Source: Okamejei kenojei | Lineage: Eukaryota | NCBI GenBank assembly: GCA_035221665.1 | Contig: CM069154.1 | Location: 20,522,001 to 20,586,000, forward strand | DNA: 64,000 bases | Direction of reading: 5' to 3' | In this document: piece after piece, positions 12,851 to 25,599 of the stretch | Layout of the letters: every line of letters begins with the position of its first letter | How positions within the stretch are numbered: the first letter of the stretch is position 1 | Notes under the pieces: generated by a model | What the model saw: only the letters and a program-made list of their open reading frames with translations | The model's database searches: none | Told to the model about the DNA's origin: nothing | Made by a program: the position numbers and the translations under genes

Positions 12851-13514
12851 CAGTGCTCAAAAAATAGGTTGTATCTCCTCCAGCATATCACTGATCTACC
12901 AAGAGTCTGGATCTCTGGGTTAGACCAGACTGGGGTAGATTCAGACTGCATTGGAAGCAACAGGCACATTTCTGTTCATTGGATCACACAGCACAGAACC
13001 AGCCCCCCCAACCCACTATGCCCATTCTTGTCATGGGTAACTATCTATACTAATCCCAATGACCTGGACTTAGTTAACATCTATCTAAGCCTTGACGATC
13101 CCATCTAAATCTCTTACCCCTATCATCTCCACAGGCAAAGTTTCCCACTACCTACCAGATATGTCTCATAATTTTGAAAGCTTTGCACTCATCCTCCACT
13201 ATTCCAAGGATAATTCAGCATATCCAGACTCTCACTGTTACGTTTCACCAAGAGCTCCCCTCTCCCCCATCGTCAATGCAGAACGCTCTGCCCTCGGGAG
13301 AGGCCTGATCTAATTCCCCCACATCCACATCTCAGTCTGAGGAAGGGTCCCGACCCAAAATGTTACTCAACCTTTTTCTCCAGAGATGCTGCCTGACCCG
13401 CTGAGTTACTCCAACACTCTTCAGCGGGAAGGTACGGGACCTGCCCCACCCATTTAATTAAGGCTGTTTCAGAAGCCAGTGAAGCTTGGACCCCTCCACA
13501 ACAGTCTCACTCAC

Positions 13515-13835
13515 CGTACACCTCCAGTCGGATTCTTGATGGAATTTCAATTCCTGAACGTGTAATAACTGTCACCTCATAATCACCAGCATCCTCTCTC
13601 CGGAGATCACGGATTTCCAGACTTAAACTCTTGGGATGAAAAGTCATCCGTCGCCGGTACTCCTCAGTTCCGAAGTATGCAATATTCCCCTTTGAGAATT
13701 CTATTATTTTGCTTCTGAGAGATGTTTTCCTCCACTCAATCTTGCCAATGTCCAGTCCACCTGCAATCTCAGGAGATAAGGTGATCGAGTGCCCCAGTGC
13801 TCCGTTCACAGTGGGAGGGAGAGCCTCAGTCCCAG
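13515..13835 (-). CDS. Gene A exon 2: IgV domain lacking the canonical disulfide (CD2/SLAM family)
   Basis: 321 nt, phase 1-1, TTAG|CT...TACG|GTGAG; VNGALGHSITL...IEWRK...SLEIRDLRREDAGDYEV...RLEVY; no Cys. Confidence 0.93.
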
Positions 13836-15284
13836 CTAAGGAAGCAAGAGAGGCAGTCAGCAAAAGAGCTCTATGACTAGGGGAGGAGGAGCTAGGAGAG
13901 TCAATGAGCACAGGAGCAGGTCATGCGGACTGTCGCCTGGCTCCCGGCGCTGTGAGAGACCGGCCCACAGTCCTTACATCACACAGTGAGCCAAAGGGAG
14001 GAACAGAGTGAAGACTCTCTGCTCCCAGGCCTGAGGAAGGGAGTTACAGCCCACAGCCAGATATCCATCGATGGGTCAGGGGGCCACAGATGGGACCCAG
14101 TTCAGAAAAGGACTGTTGCATTGGGGAAGTTGAACATTACGAGAAAATGGGGTAAATGGAAAGAGATGGGCATTATGAAGCTTTCCACTAATAATATTTC
14201 ATGACCTTTCTTTACTCACCCCTCCGCCACTTCACCGATTTCTATTTTAAATATCCTCTATATTTGCTATACCCCTGAAGCTCTCTCCTGCTTTCAATTC
14301 TCTGTAGCTGTCATTTACTCATTGACTTTCTTTATCCAGCCTTTTGATATTTTTGACATCCGGAGTTCATTGCCTTTCACCCAATGGGAACGTTAGACCT
14401 GAACTCTCATTATTTCACTTTTGGATGATTCCCACTTGTGACACCACACAAGTTGCTCCCAGTGTAGTTTTGCCAGATCCAATCTCATGATATTGAAATC
14501 ACATTCCCCAATCTGTATTCCTTTCCATAACCATCAAAAAAAACTTGCGGTCTTTTGGTGACTGTTAAAGCTCCCCTGGGCTCACTTTAAAAGCTACCCA
14601 CCTCTTTGCCTTTCACACCAATAAGATCTCAACAATGCTGGAGAAGATGAAATCCCATCTGACAGGAGGCCTATGGCAACTGGGATCAAGCAAATCCCTG
14701 AGATATATTAGAGTACGCTGAAGCGGGAAATCAGGGTGCAAAAAGAGGACATGAGGAAGCTCTGGCAGACAATAATGGAAATTCATATATAATCAAACTA
14801 TACCCAAGGACAGCAAAGAGAAAAATGTTAGTGGGCTGAATATAGTTCTTAGCTTTATAGCATTACAGTTTCAGAGAAAATGTCCAATGTCCACAATAAG
14901 ATAGGCTGGAGACATGGGACTGCACCCTAGTTTATGGGAGAATTATTCCAATGTTTGATAACAGAGGGGAACAAGCTGTTCCTGCGTCCGGTAGTACATG
15001 CTTTCAACCTTTTTAAATCTACTGCCAGATGGAAGTGGGGAGAAGAGGGAATCACAGGGAATTACACATAAACATTGGAGTGTTATGTTAGAGCTGTACA
15101 CAATCTTTGTGAGGCTACACTTGGTGTATTTTGTTCAGATTTGGTCATCCTGCTATAACAAAGATGTAGGGTGTAGGTTTAACGTCAGAGAGGAAAGATT
15201 TAATAGGAACCTGAGGGGCAATTTTTTTCACACAAGGTGGTAGATAAATAAAACGAGCTACCCGATGAAGTAGTTGAGGGAAGT

Positions 15285-16500
15285 ATGAATGAATGAATGA
15301 ATAGTTTATTTCGGTCATACATTAAAAAGAACAAAACGATACAATCTGTGTGATTATGAACCAACACTGTATCCATTTCACACAACGTTCACATAATCAA
15401 TGACCGAAAAAGAAATAGGCTGAAGCCAGAAAGCATGTTTTTGCCTCTCCTATACAATCCATAAGATAACCCAGAATATCAGCATTACAAAGGAAAGAAA
15501 AAAATAAAATTTACTCTAAATTGTAATCCTTACTTCTTTTACATTTTAATCATTTTACATTATAATCCTTAATTATTTTACATTTTAAGGCTTTTTTGAA
15601 TCTCAACAGAGAGCTACAAAGTTTCAACTCATCACTAAGCCCGTTCCATAATTTGACTCCCAAAACTGAGACACATCTATATTTTACATTGGTTCTCACT
15701 TTACCTGTTTCAAAAACACACAACCCTCTTAAATTATAATGTCCTTCTCTTAATTTAATTTGTTTTTAATACTAACAGGAAGGCTTTTATTCCTAACACG
15801 GAAAAGTATTTCTAATGTCTTTACATGAACAATATCGAAAAATTTTAAGGTACCGGACTTTATGAATAATGGATTTGTAGTTTCATGGTAAGAAGCTTTA
15901 TGTATTATTCTAAAAGCTCTTTTCCGGAGTTTAATTATAGGGTCTATCTTTGTTTTATATACATTTCCCCAAATACAATATGACATATATGGCATTATAA
16001 GCGAGCAATACAATATATATAAACACTTCTTATTCAACAGATCCTTTGTTTTGTAAAGAGTAGCAATGGATTTAGATAATTTCCATTTGATGTATTCTAT
16101 ATGTGGCTTCCAACAAAGTTTATGATCTATAATTACTTCCAGGAATTTTGTTTGATATGCTCTTTCAATTTAAATTCCATTTAAATTCAATTTTATTTCA
16201 CAATTAACCCTGTCGCCACCAAACACCACAGATTTTGTTTGATTTTCATTAAGGGATAATCTATTAATATCAAACCATTTTTTTAGCACTATCAATTCTC
16301 TTTCTGCTGTTTTCAATAGTTATTTTATATCATTCCCTGAACAAAATACATTTGTATCATCCGCAAACGTAACAAACTTCAACGTATTGGATGCTTTACA
16401 AATATCATTTAAATAAAGTATAAATAACTTAGGTCCCAGTACTGAACCTTGTGGAACACCACAGGTTACTCTTCTAAGCTGTGATTCAGTATTATTAATT
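15285..16500 (-). mobile_element. AT-rich 5'-truncated CR1/L2-group LINE with few lesions, in gene A intron 1
   Basis: GVPQGSVLGPKLFILYLNDI...FADDTNVF; (TTCA)n 3' tail after AATAAA. Confidence 0.8.
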
Positions 16501-17223
16501 TTTAATTAGTACAATAATAAGTACAATAACAAGATTGAAAAGACATTTGGACATATATGTGGATAGGAAATGTTTAGTGAGGTAATGGAAAGTCATGGGC
16601 AAATGGGACTAGATTGGATGACACATCATGGTCAGCTTAGACGAGTTTGACCGAAAGAGCCTGTTTTCATGCTGTACGATTATGATATCAGTGGACCCAG
16701 CATTAATTCCAGTGGGTACACAGCTGGTCACAAACCTCCAATCTGAAAAGTAGCTCTTTGCTCCCACCAGCTAACTCCTTTTTGCATAACAACTAGAAAT
16801 TCATTTGGTTAGCTGACCTTGGCTTCCATGTGATCTAAACTTCCGGACTTACCTACTATACAGGACCATGTGAAAGGCCTTGTTAAAGTCCACTCAGACA
16901 ACGGCCACCTGTCCTCATTTTGGTGACCACTTAAAAAAAAATTGAGAGATGTGATTACCCACACACACAGCCAGGGTGACCCTATTCAGTCCTGCTGACT
17001 ATTGGGATGCCAATTATAAATCTATGTGGAAGATCCCCGAAAGGTCTACGAAGAAGAAAAACCCACATGGGTTCATTCAAAGAGCCTTCTATGGTATGCT
17101 CCCTCAGTGGAACCCTGAACTAATATTGCAATGTCTGCTCCTCTTTTAAATCCTCCTTCCCCATCACTCTTGAAGAGTTTAGTTCCAGTTCTGGAAAATA
17201 GAAATAAATCCACTCAGAGAGGG

Positions 17224-17233
17224 GGAAATGAAA
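17224..17233 (+). promoter_or_regulatory. EICE-like motif GGAAATGAAA in gene A intron 1
   Basis: GGAANNGAAA ~30 nt from the leader donor; conserved in two paralogous copies. Confidence 0.5.
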
Positions 17234-17262
17234 TAAAATGACTCGCTCAGAATGAAACTCAC

Positions 17263-17317
17263 GGATTGAGCCGGGGAGAGACAGCCAGAAGAAGATCAGC
17301 AGGCACCAAACATCCAT
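17263..17317 (-). CDS. Gene A exon 1: signal peptide
   Basis: AAAAAG ATG G start; MDVWCLLIFFWLSLPGSI + C; donor GTGAGT; phase 1 joins exon 2 in frame. Full CDS 55+321+282+99+50 = 807 nt (268 aa). Confidence 0.88.
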
Positions 17318-17528
17318 CTTTTTCTCAGCAACCAGTGTGAAGTAGACACCTGATCTGTCCCGATAGACACCTTCTCTCTTCAGTAAAGTTGTCAGACTCC
17401 TGGACTCACACAAGGATGGAATTGGTGCAGTGGAGCAATGTGAGAGAGGACAGAGGGCGACTTCCCTCAGTCTCAGCACCCTTCCTATCCCGCTGCTTCT
17501 GTGCAAGTGAAACAATCGAGATAGATGG

Positions 17529-17537
17529 ACAGGAAGT
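17529..17537 (+). promoter_or_regulatory. ETS site ACAGGAAGT upstream of gene A
   Basis: Consensus ETS core ~210 nt upstream of the ATG; missing from the aligned gene C flank. Confidence 0.4.
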
Positions 17538-17774
17538 CAGTGTGGGAGGAGGCAAGTTCACAATAGAAGCCATAAAGCAGTGGCAGACACAACATAGTTC
17601 AAGGGTGAGCAGAATCTCTCAATTCAAGAGCACTGTTTCTTCTTGTTCTGGTGGCTCTCCTCATGTCACCTGGCACATCCCAAATGCTGATCCATATCAC
17701 AGCCCCCTAGAGAACTAAGGCTGGTTTATCTCAGCTCCCCCCCCCCCCCCCCCCCCCCTTCAGCCTCGACATCC

Positions 17775-20700
17775 ACCAGGATGGTGCTTTGAGGGGTTGG
17801 TTATGGAACACATTAAATCCAGTCTACCAAGCAGCCATGACTCACTGCAGTTCACCCATTGCCACAAGAGGTCTATGGCTATTGCCATCTCTCTGGCCCT
17901 ACACTAATCCCAGGAACAACTGGATAAGTGAGACACCCAATTCACACTTCTATTCACATACTACAGCTCTGCTTTTAATATCATTCTCCCATCCAAGCTC
18001 ATCATCAAACTTGCGGAAACCTGGAGTCAGCAATCATCACTACACATGGATCCGGGAATTCCTAACCAACAGACCCCAATCAGTGAGGATATGGGACAAA
18101 TCATCCTTTATTATAATCCTGCATTATCAGCCCCCTTCTTTAATCCTTACGTAGAAACATAGAAACATAGAAAATAAGTGCAGGAGGAGGCCATTCGGCC
18201 CTTCGAGCCAGCACCACCATTCATTGTGATCATGGCTGATTGTCCGCCATCAATAACCTGTGACTGCCTTCTCCCCAGATCCCTTGATTCAACTAGCCCC
18301 TAGAGCTCTATCCAACTCTCTCTTAAATCCATCCAGTGAATTGGCCTCCACTGCCCTCTGTGGCAGGGAATTCCATAAATTCACAACTCTCTGGGTAAAA
18401 AAGTTTGTTCTCACCTCAGTCTTAAATGACCTCCCCTTTATTCTAAGACTGTGGCCCCTGGTTCTGGACACCTAACATTGGGAACATTTTTCCTGCATCT
18501 AGCTTGTCCAGTCCTTTTATAATTTTATATGTTTCTATAAGATTCCCCCTCATCCTTCTAAACTCCAGTGAATACAAGCCTAGTCTTTTCAATCTTTCCT
18601 CATATGACAGTCCCACCATCCCAGGGATCAATCTCGTGAACCAACGCTGCACTGCCTCAATCACAAGGATGTCCTTCCTCAAATTAGGAGAACAAAACTG
18701 TACACAATACTCCAGATAGAGTCTCACCAGAGCCCTATACAACTGCAGAAGAACCTCCTTACTCCTATACTGAAATCCTCTTTTTATGAAGGCCAACATT
18801 CCATTCGCTTTCTTCACTGCCTGCTGTACCTGCACGCAAACTTTCAGTGACTGCTGTACAAGGACATCCAGGTCTCGCTGTACCTCCCCCTTACCTAACC
18901 TAACCCCATTGAGATAATAATCTGCCCCCTTGTTCTTGCCGCCAAAGTGGATAACCTCACATTTATCTCCTCTTCACAGTTCACACTGCCACCCAGCTTT
19001 GTGTCATCCGCAAACTTGCTAGTGTTGCTCCTAATTCCCTCTTCCAAATCATTAATATATATGGTAAACAGTTGCGGCCCCAACACCGAGCCTTGAAGCA
19101 CTCCACTCGCCACTGCCTGCCATTCTGAAAAGGACCTGTTCACTCCTACTCTTTGCTTCCGGTCTGCCAACCAATTTTCTATCCATGTCAACACCCTACC
19201 CCCAATACCATGTGCTCCAATTTTAGTTACCAGTCTCCCGTGCGGGACCTTATCAAAGGCTTTCTGAAAGTCTAGATACACTACATCCACTGGCATCCCT
19301 TCATCCATTTTACTTGTCACATCCTCAAACAATTCCAGAAGATTAGTCAAGCATGATTACCCTTTCATAAATCCATGTTGACTTGGACTAATCCTTTTAC
19401 TACTATCCAAATGCCCCAATATTACCTCTTTAATAATTGACTCCAGCATCTTTCCCACCACCGAAGTCAGGCTATTCCCCGTTTTCTCTCTCACTCCTTT
19501 CTTGAAAAGTGGGATAACATTATCTATCCTCCAATCCACAGGAGCTGATCCTGAATCTATTGAACATTGGAAAATGATCACCAATGCGTCCACTATTTCT
19601 AGAGCCACCTCCCTGAGGACCCTGGGATGCAGACCATCAGGCCCAGGGGATTTATCATCCTTCAGTCCCGTTAGCCTACCCAATACTATTTCTCACCTAA
19701 TGAACATTTCTTTCAGTTCCTCTACCCCCTTAGATCCTCTGTCCTCCAGTACATCTGGGAGATTGTTTGTGTCCTCCTTAGTGAAGACAGATCCGAAGTA
19801 CCTATTCAAATCTTCTGCCATTTCCTTGTTGCCCATAATAATTTCACCCATGTCTGCCTTCAAGGGACCCACATTTGACTTTGCTACTCTTTTTTCCCTT
19901 AACATAGCTTTTACTGTCCTTCTTCATATTCCTGGCCAGCTTCCCCTCGTACTTCATCTTTTCGGCCTGTATTGCCTGTTTTTTTTTTTCCTTCTGTTGT
20001 CCGATGAAAGTTTCCCAATCCTCTGGCTTCCGGCTACTCTTTGCTGTGTTATACATCTTTTCTTTTAGTTTTATTCTATCCCCAACTTCTCTTGTCAGCC
20101 ATGGTTGCCTCCTACTCCCTTTAGAATCTTTCTTCCCTTTTGGACTGAAATGATTCTGCGACTTCCGGATTATGCCCAGAAATTCCTGCCATTGCTGTTC
20201 CACCGTCATTCCTGCTAGGATCCCTTTCCAATCTACTTTGGCCAGCTCCCCTCTCATGCCTTCATTGTCCCCTTTGTCCAACTGCATCACTACAACTTCC
20301 GATTTAACATTCTCCTTCTCAAATTGCAGATTAAAACTAATCATATTATGTATCCATGACTGTGCAACAAAGCACAAATTCAATTCAATTTACAAATTAG
20401 AGGACGACACCACCGTAGTGGGGCTTGTATCAAATAATTATGTGATGGGATGCAGGAAGGAAATTGAGAATCCCATGACCTGTGGTCAAGATAACAACCT
20501 TTCTCCCAATGTTATTAAGGCAAAGGAGATAGTGATTGACTTCAGGAAGTGAAGCGGTACACACACCCAGGTATACATTGATTGTGCTGAAGTAGAGATG
20601 GTTGAAATTTTCAAGTCCCGGGGAGTAAATATCACCTGCAACTTGTCCTGGACTAGCCATATCACAACAATGGCCAAGAAAACACACCAACACCTCTACT

Positions 20701-20830
20701 TCCTTTGAAGGCTTCGGAACCGCTCACCAACCGCCACTGATGCGCCGTAGAAAGCATTTTATCAGGATGCATCACAGCACGGTTTGAAACAGCTTCACCC
20801 AAGACGGCAAGAAATTGCAGAGAATCCTCC
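17775..20830 (+). mobile_element. Degraded Rex1/Babar LINE split by a CR1 insertion (pieces ~17775-18120 and ~20350-20830)
   Basis: WIREFLTNRPQSVRI on the left; HDCATKHKFNSIYKLEDDTTVVGL...KEIVIDFRK on the right. Confidence 0.7.
18152..20348 (-). mobile_element. 5'-truncated CR1/HER1 LINE, relatively young
   Basis: KSPGPDGLHPRVL, VDVVYLDFQKAFDKVPH, QGSVLGP, FADDTKLGG, FFTQRVVNLWNSLP; (TTTCTATG)n tail at 18152-18174. Confidence 0.92.
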
Positions 20831-21298
20831 AATTTTCCGACACCTCACCCGTGACTAACAATGATGCATACATCTCATCCAGGGCTCCTGCAATTTCTTC
20901 TCTAGTTTACTAGTGTTCTTGGGTATATTGGATCAGGCCCTGAAGATTTTTTTACCTTCATACATTTTAACATGTCAAGCACCTTCTGTAATGCCCAAGA
21001 CATCCACATTAATTTTTCTGAGTTAATTCAGGCTTCTGTCTTTCTCTATTTGTAAGATCGAGAGGATAAATATTAATTGAGGACCTCATACATCTCTTGT
21101 GCCTCCAAACTTAAATGTCCAGTTTGGTCTTCGGTATTCTCTCCTTTGTTCCTATTTTTCATATTGCACATTTGGACCAGTTTCTCGATCTTTGTAATAA
21201 AAAGGAACTGCTGATGCTGGCTTATACCAAAATACTGGAGTAACTCAGTGGGTCAGACCTTTCTCCAACATTTTGTGTTTATATCTGTTGTCTATTGT

Positions 21299-22146
21299 CA
21301 CTAGGGGCGCAGCACTGTCAGCAGCCTCTGCCTGCAGCCCGTTTGTTTTTCATCTTTTTTTAAATTTTTAGTCCGTTAAAAGTGTGTTTTTGGGGGAATC
21401 TTTAACTTTTCTATGTGGGTGAGGGGGGCAGGGTTAGGGGTAAACTAACTCCCAGTCACTTCCTGGCGGGGACGCGACTATTTCTCCGAGTCGTGTCCTC
21501 GACCCCCACCTCATGGCCTACCACCTGGATTGGAGTGGCCTTTCCTGCCGGGGACCGGGAACCGGACCAGAGCTGCAACAGCGGCGGCGCTGGAGTTACC
21601 GCGGAGCGGGCGATGCCTACCTGGGTCGCCATTTGGAGCTCCGGAGCGTTGGGCTGCTGCTCTGGTTTTGGGGAGAGCTTCCAACGCAGGCGGCGCTGAA
21701 CTCCATGGAGTCCTGGGGCCCTTTGCCGAGGGCCTCCAGCGTTGCATCTCCACCCGGCGCGGCCTGTGGACTTTGGGAGCCAAGGACTCCGGTAGGAGGG
21801 AGCCGACTCGAGGTCCAGGTCGCTGAGGAGGTCCCCCAGCCCCGACGTCGAACTTACATCACCCCGGCGAGCGGGCCTGAACATCGGGCCGCCTGTAGCG
21901 GCGACAGCGGAGGGCTCGGGGAGGCCCTGACCACGGGTGAACTGTGGGGAACATTGGGAAGAGACTGACTTTGGTGCCTTCCCTCAGAGTGGGAAAGTTT
22001 GATCCTGCTGTGTGGGGATGTTTTATGTTGAATTTCTATCTACTCTGTGTTGTGTTCTTTACTTTTTTCCTGTATGGCTGTATGGTGATTTCATTTCACT
22101 GTGCCAATTGGCACACGTGACAAATAAAATGTATCTGCATCTATCT
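21299..22146 (+). mobile_element. Non-autonomous interspersed repeat related to the ~730-bp family
   Basis: Starts cactaggggcgc, same T-rich block, CpG-rich body, AATAAA and (tatctg) tail. Confidence 0.6.
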
Positions 22147-22669
22147 GTTATCCAGAGGTCTCTACTCCTGCGAGCCTCACCCCATCTCCTGCACACCAAG
22201 CTTCCCCCCCCCATACTCTGTCCTAAGCTTTTTGTTCGGGCCATGGCCATGGGCGCAGGGTCTCCAATATCCTGCTGTGGGGTGGGAATCAGATGGTGGA
22301 TTCACCTACATAGAGACATAAGAGAATATTGATGGTGTCATGCGAAGAACAACCTGCTGGAAAACAGCGACTCGAGCAGCATCTGCAGAAGGAGATTTCA
22401 GAATATTTGGTCCATGCCTCGCGTTCGCGTCAGGGGTCAGTTACCAAATGTATTTTCCCCGTAGATGGACATAAATTGCGGGAGTAACTCAGCGGGATGG
22501 AAGGAATGGGTGATATTTCGGGTCGAGACCCTTCTCAAACGTCACCCATTCCTTATATCCAGAGACGCTACCTGTCCCGCTGAATTACTCCAGCATTTTG
22601 ATTCGATCTTTGGTGTAAACCAGCAAATCTACTGTTCCCTCCTCCACGTCTCTCCCTGCAGCCGCCCGA

Positions 22670-24617
22670 CTATAGGGATGTTTCACCGCAGTCGGGTCAC
22701 GACCCATAACCCGTACTGTTGCTACTCTATGCCAAGTGGAGTACACGCGATGAACTGCAGGTAAGCACTTCCCATTGTTTCCAGCGTAGCGGGCCCGTTA
22801 AAACCCGCCGAAATTGTCAATTTTTGCGCTGTAAATAATTATGGAAATCGGGATAAGCGTGAGACATTTAACCTACATCAGAATTCCAAAAGTGAGGAGA
22901 AATGACGGTAGATAGAAGCGAGAGCTGAAGGGACAACAACAGCCAGAGTGCTGGGCGAACATTGGCCGTTTGCTCACTGCATTTCATCAACTAAGGCATT
23001 ATTTGTGTTTTTTCTTGAGTCCTTCGGCATCTAAAAACGTTCTGAACTGATAAATCTGGCTGTAAAATTTTAAAATTGCCCATGGCTCTCCAATGGGTTT
23101 TTACATACAAAAGAAAACGCCTCTGAATAGTTATGTTACAATACCTACATTTAGCGGGGCTGCAGTTCTGCCGCTCCCCGTGTGCGCGACTTTGGCGCCT
23201 TTCAGAGGGGGGGGCCGGTTTAAAATGCTGTTTTTCCCTAGACAGTCCAAATCGATCAATCTCAGGCGCTTTCGTCGCTAAAGAGAAATCGCTCCGACAT
23301 ATATTTTATGAAGCTATTTTTAAACTACGCTAGATCATTTATTAACTAGAATAGTTTAAAAATCATCTTCTAAAGCCCTGAACGCCGACAGCGGAAGGGA
23401 CCTAACGTAGGCGATAAAAGAAGGTACAGAGTTTATTTTTACATAAAAAGTTGCTTCTTAGGAAGCATTTAATCAAATTTTCATCATGCGAAAAGGGGAC
23501 AAAAAAAAATACGAACCGGCTGTATTTTTCCTGCCGACTGTGGGTTAAATTCACCGCAAACCGCTACGTTCCAATCCACCTCGTTCCACCAAAAACCCAC
23601 CCACAAGTTGATTTAAATGGCCATTAATTTACAGGAATTAAACACAATATTCCTTCCATTTGGCCTATAAATTCATGAAAATTAGATTTAAAAATCATGT
23701 TATATTGTGGATTATTGTGTGAATGTTATTTGGACACTTAGGCAATTTAAAAATGTTTATCATTTCGTAGGAAATGGATAGATGTTTAGATCTAGTAATT
23801 GCATTTTGTAATTAGCTACAATTAGGTAACTAACTAATTATATGCTTTAATTTCAGGTCATCCAAGTAAGATTGTTTCATATTTGTTTCAGAATGCTTCA
23901 ATCTATAATAACTGAAAATTTCATTCAGTTCTCTTAATTTTTAAGAAAGTTATGGGCTTTTAACTGACCTTGATCACAGCTTTTGAGTTAAGTCAATGGA
24001 AAGTCAATGGGGAACAAGATGCTAATTTCCGAGTATGAGAATGGCCATAACTTTTTTAATACTGAAGATAAGAAAGTGAATTAGGTGTCAAATTAAACTT
24101 CTTTTTATGCTTTATCTGATGGGATAAATTGCAGACTTGATTTTTTAAATCTCAAAATTTTGTAATATTCCTACTCTGAAGCAAAATTTACAGCCAGATT
24201 TATCACTTCTGAGACTTTTGTAGATACCAAAGGAATCAAGAAAAAACACAAATAATGCCTTACTGTTGATGAAATGGTGAGCAAACGCGATAATTCCCAA
24301 TATTTTCAATTCCGATATCTGCACGACCAATGTTTGCCAAGCAGCTGTTGTCCCTTCAGCTCTCGCTTCTCTTTATCTTCATTTTGCTTCACTTTTGGAA
24401 TTCTGAAGTTGGATACATGTCTCTCACGCTTACCCCGACTTCCACAATTCTCTACAGCGCAAAAATACAACATTTTGGCAGTTTTTAACAGGTAGGAAAG
24501 TACGCGTTTCTTGTATTAATAACATATACCGGACGTTATGGATGTCCGCAAGATGGATTGAGTGGCTCCGTGCGTCAAGCCCTATGACCCAGTGACCTTA
24601 CGTACGCACCCCCTATT
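22670..24617. mobile_element. Non-autonomous DNA transposon with long subterminal inverted repeats; superfamily not assigned
   Basis: ~22790-23075 is the reverse complement of ~24170-24490; short terminal atagg/cctat; no coding capacity. Confidence 0.65.
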
Positions 24618-25599
24618 GACCCAAGGCATCAGTCAACGAGTTCGCGCACAACATGGCCTGGGCTCATTTGAATTGGTTGGTGCTGAGAGTGACGGAAGTT
24701 GGTTGCGAAATATGGAACAGTCGCTCCCGGGAAATGCTTCCATTAATCCCGCAGTCTCGGGCTCCGTTTGGCCGCTGCTCTGATTGGGGACCATGGAAAG
24801 TGCGGCGCCCTGGCTTCGGTGCGTGAGAGCCATTGGCGGCCGTGGTGATGTGGGACGGGACTGGTCGATTGGCCGAGGTCCCGCGAAGCCACGGTGAGGT
24901 GGAGACCCAGCAGCGCCCGGAGGAAAGATCATAGAACGGAGGAATCTTTGATCCTCGCTAATCTATGATCTTTGAACAGGAGGAGGATATTATGTTGATG
25001 AGCTGTGGGGCCTGGACCTCACCGCGGGCCACGGAGATCACCGTTCGGTCAGCCTCTGACCGCTAACAAGGTTAACCAAGATCATCTGTCTTGTTCTGCT
25101 CCCAATCAAGTAGTCACTGACAATATGCGCAAGTAATGTCTGCATGTACTATCGCAAAGCTTAAGAAGCAGTTAGACAGATATATGGATAGGATAGGTTT
25201 GGAGGGATATGGGCCGAACGCAGGCAGGTGGGACTAGAGTAGATGGGGCATGATGGTCGGCGTGGGCAAGTTGGGCTGAAGGGCCTGTTCCCACGATGTA
25301 TTACCCTCATAAAAGGAGCAGGTATGGGCCACACGGCCCCACTCATGACTGATTTTGGTGCTCGGTGCTATTTTCTTGTAATCTTCCCATCTGGAGAACC
25401 ACCTTTCTCCATTTTAATTAAACTCGATGGCGGAGCCTCTACCGCCTTGGGGAAAGAGAATAAAATTAATCGTGGAGGGGAATTTCTTCGCTTCCGCTGA
25501 AGTTATAAATGACTGACCCCTCATGCTCACACTGTACCTCCAGGTCTAGATTCCTCAGCCAGGAAAAGCATCATGAGAGGGAATACAGTCCCAATCTAT

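Noticed and set aside
13515-13835. CEACAM assignment for the disulfide-free IgV
   Set aside because: A single four-cysteine C2 domain and TIYxxV motifs fit CD2/SLAM better; no specific gene symbol assigned because orthology cannot be determined here
13982-14020. CACAGTG heptamers near both IgV exons (also ~61846) as V(D)J recombination signals
   Set aside because: No nonamer at 12- or 23-bp spacing, wrong side of the exon, and the V domains lack the Cys of antigen receptors
17120-17515. 131-aa ORF as a single-exon gene
   Set aside because: Only the 55-nt leader portion has splice and paralogue support; the rest is promoter or intron read-through
21415-21968. Overlapping 90-150 aa ORFs on both strands (similarly 7167-7629 and 36605-37071)
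   Set aside because: Stop-poor GC-rich repeat bodies; frames not consistently preserved between copies
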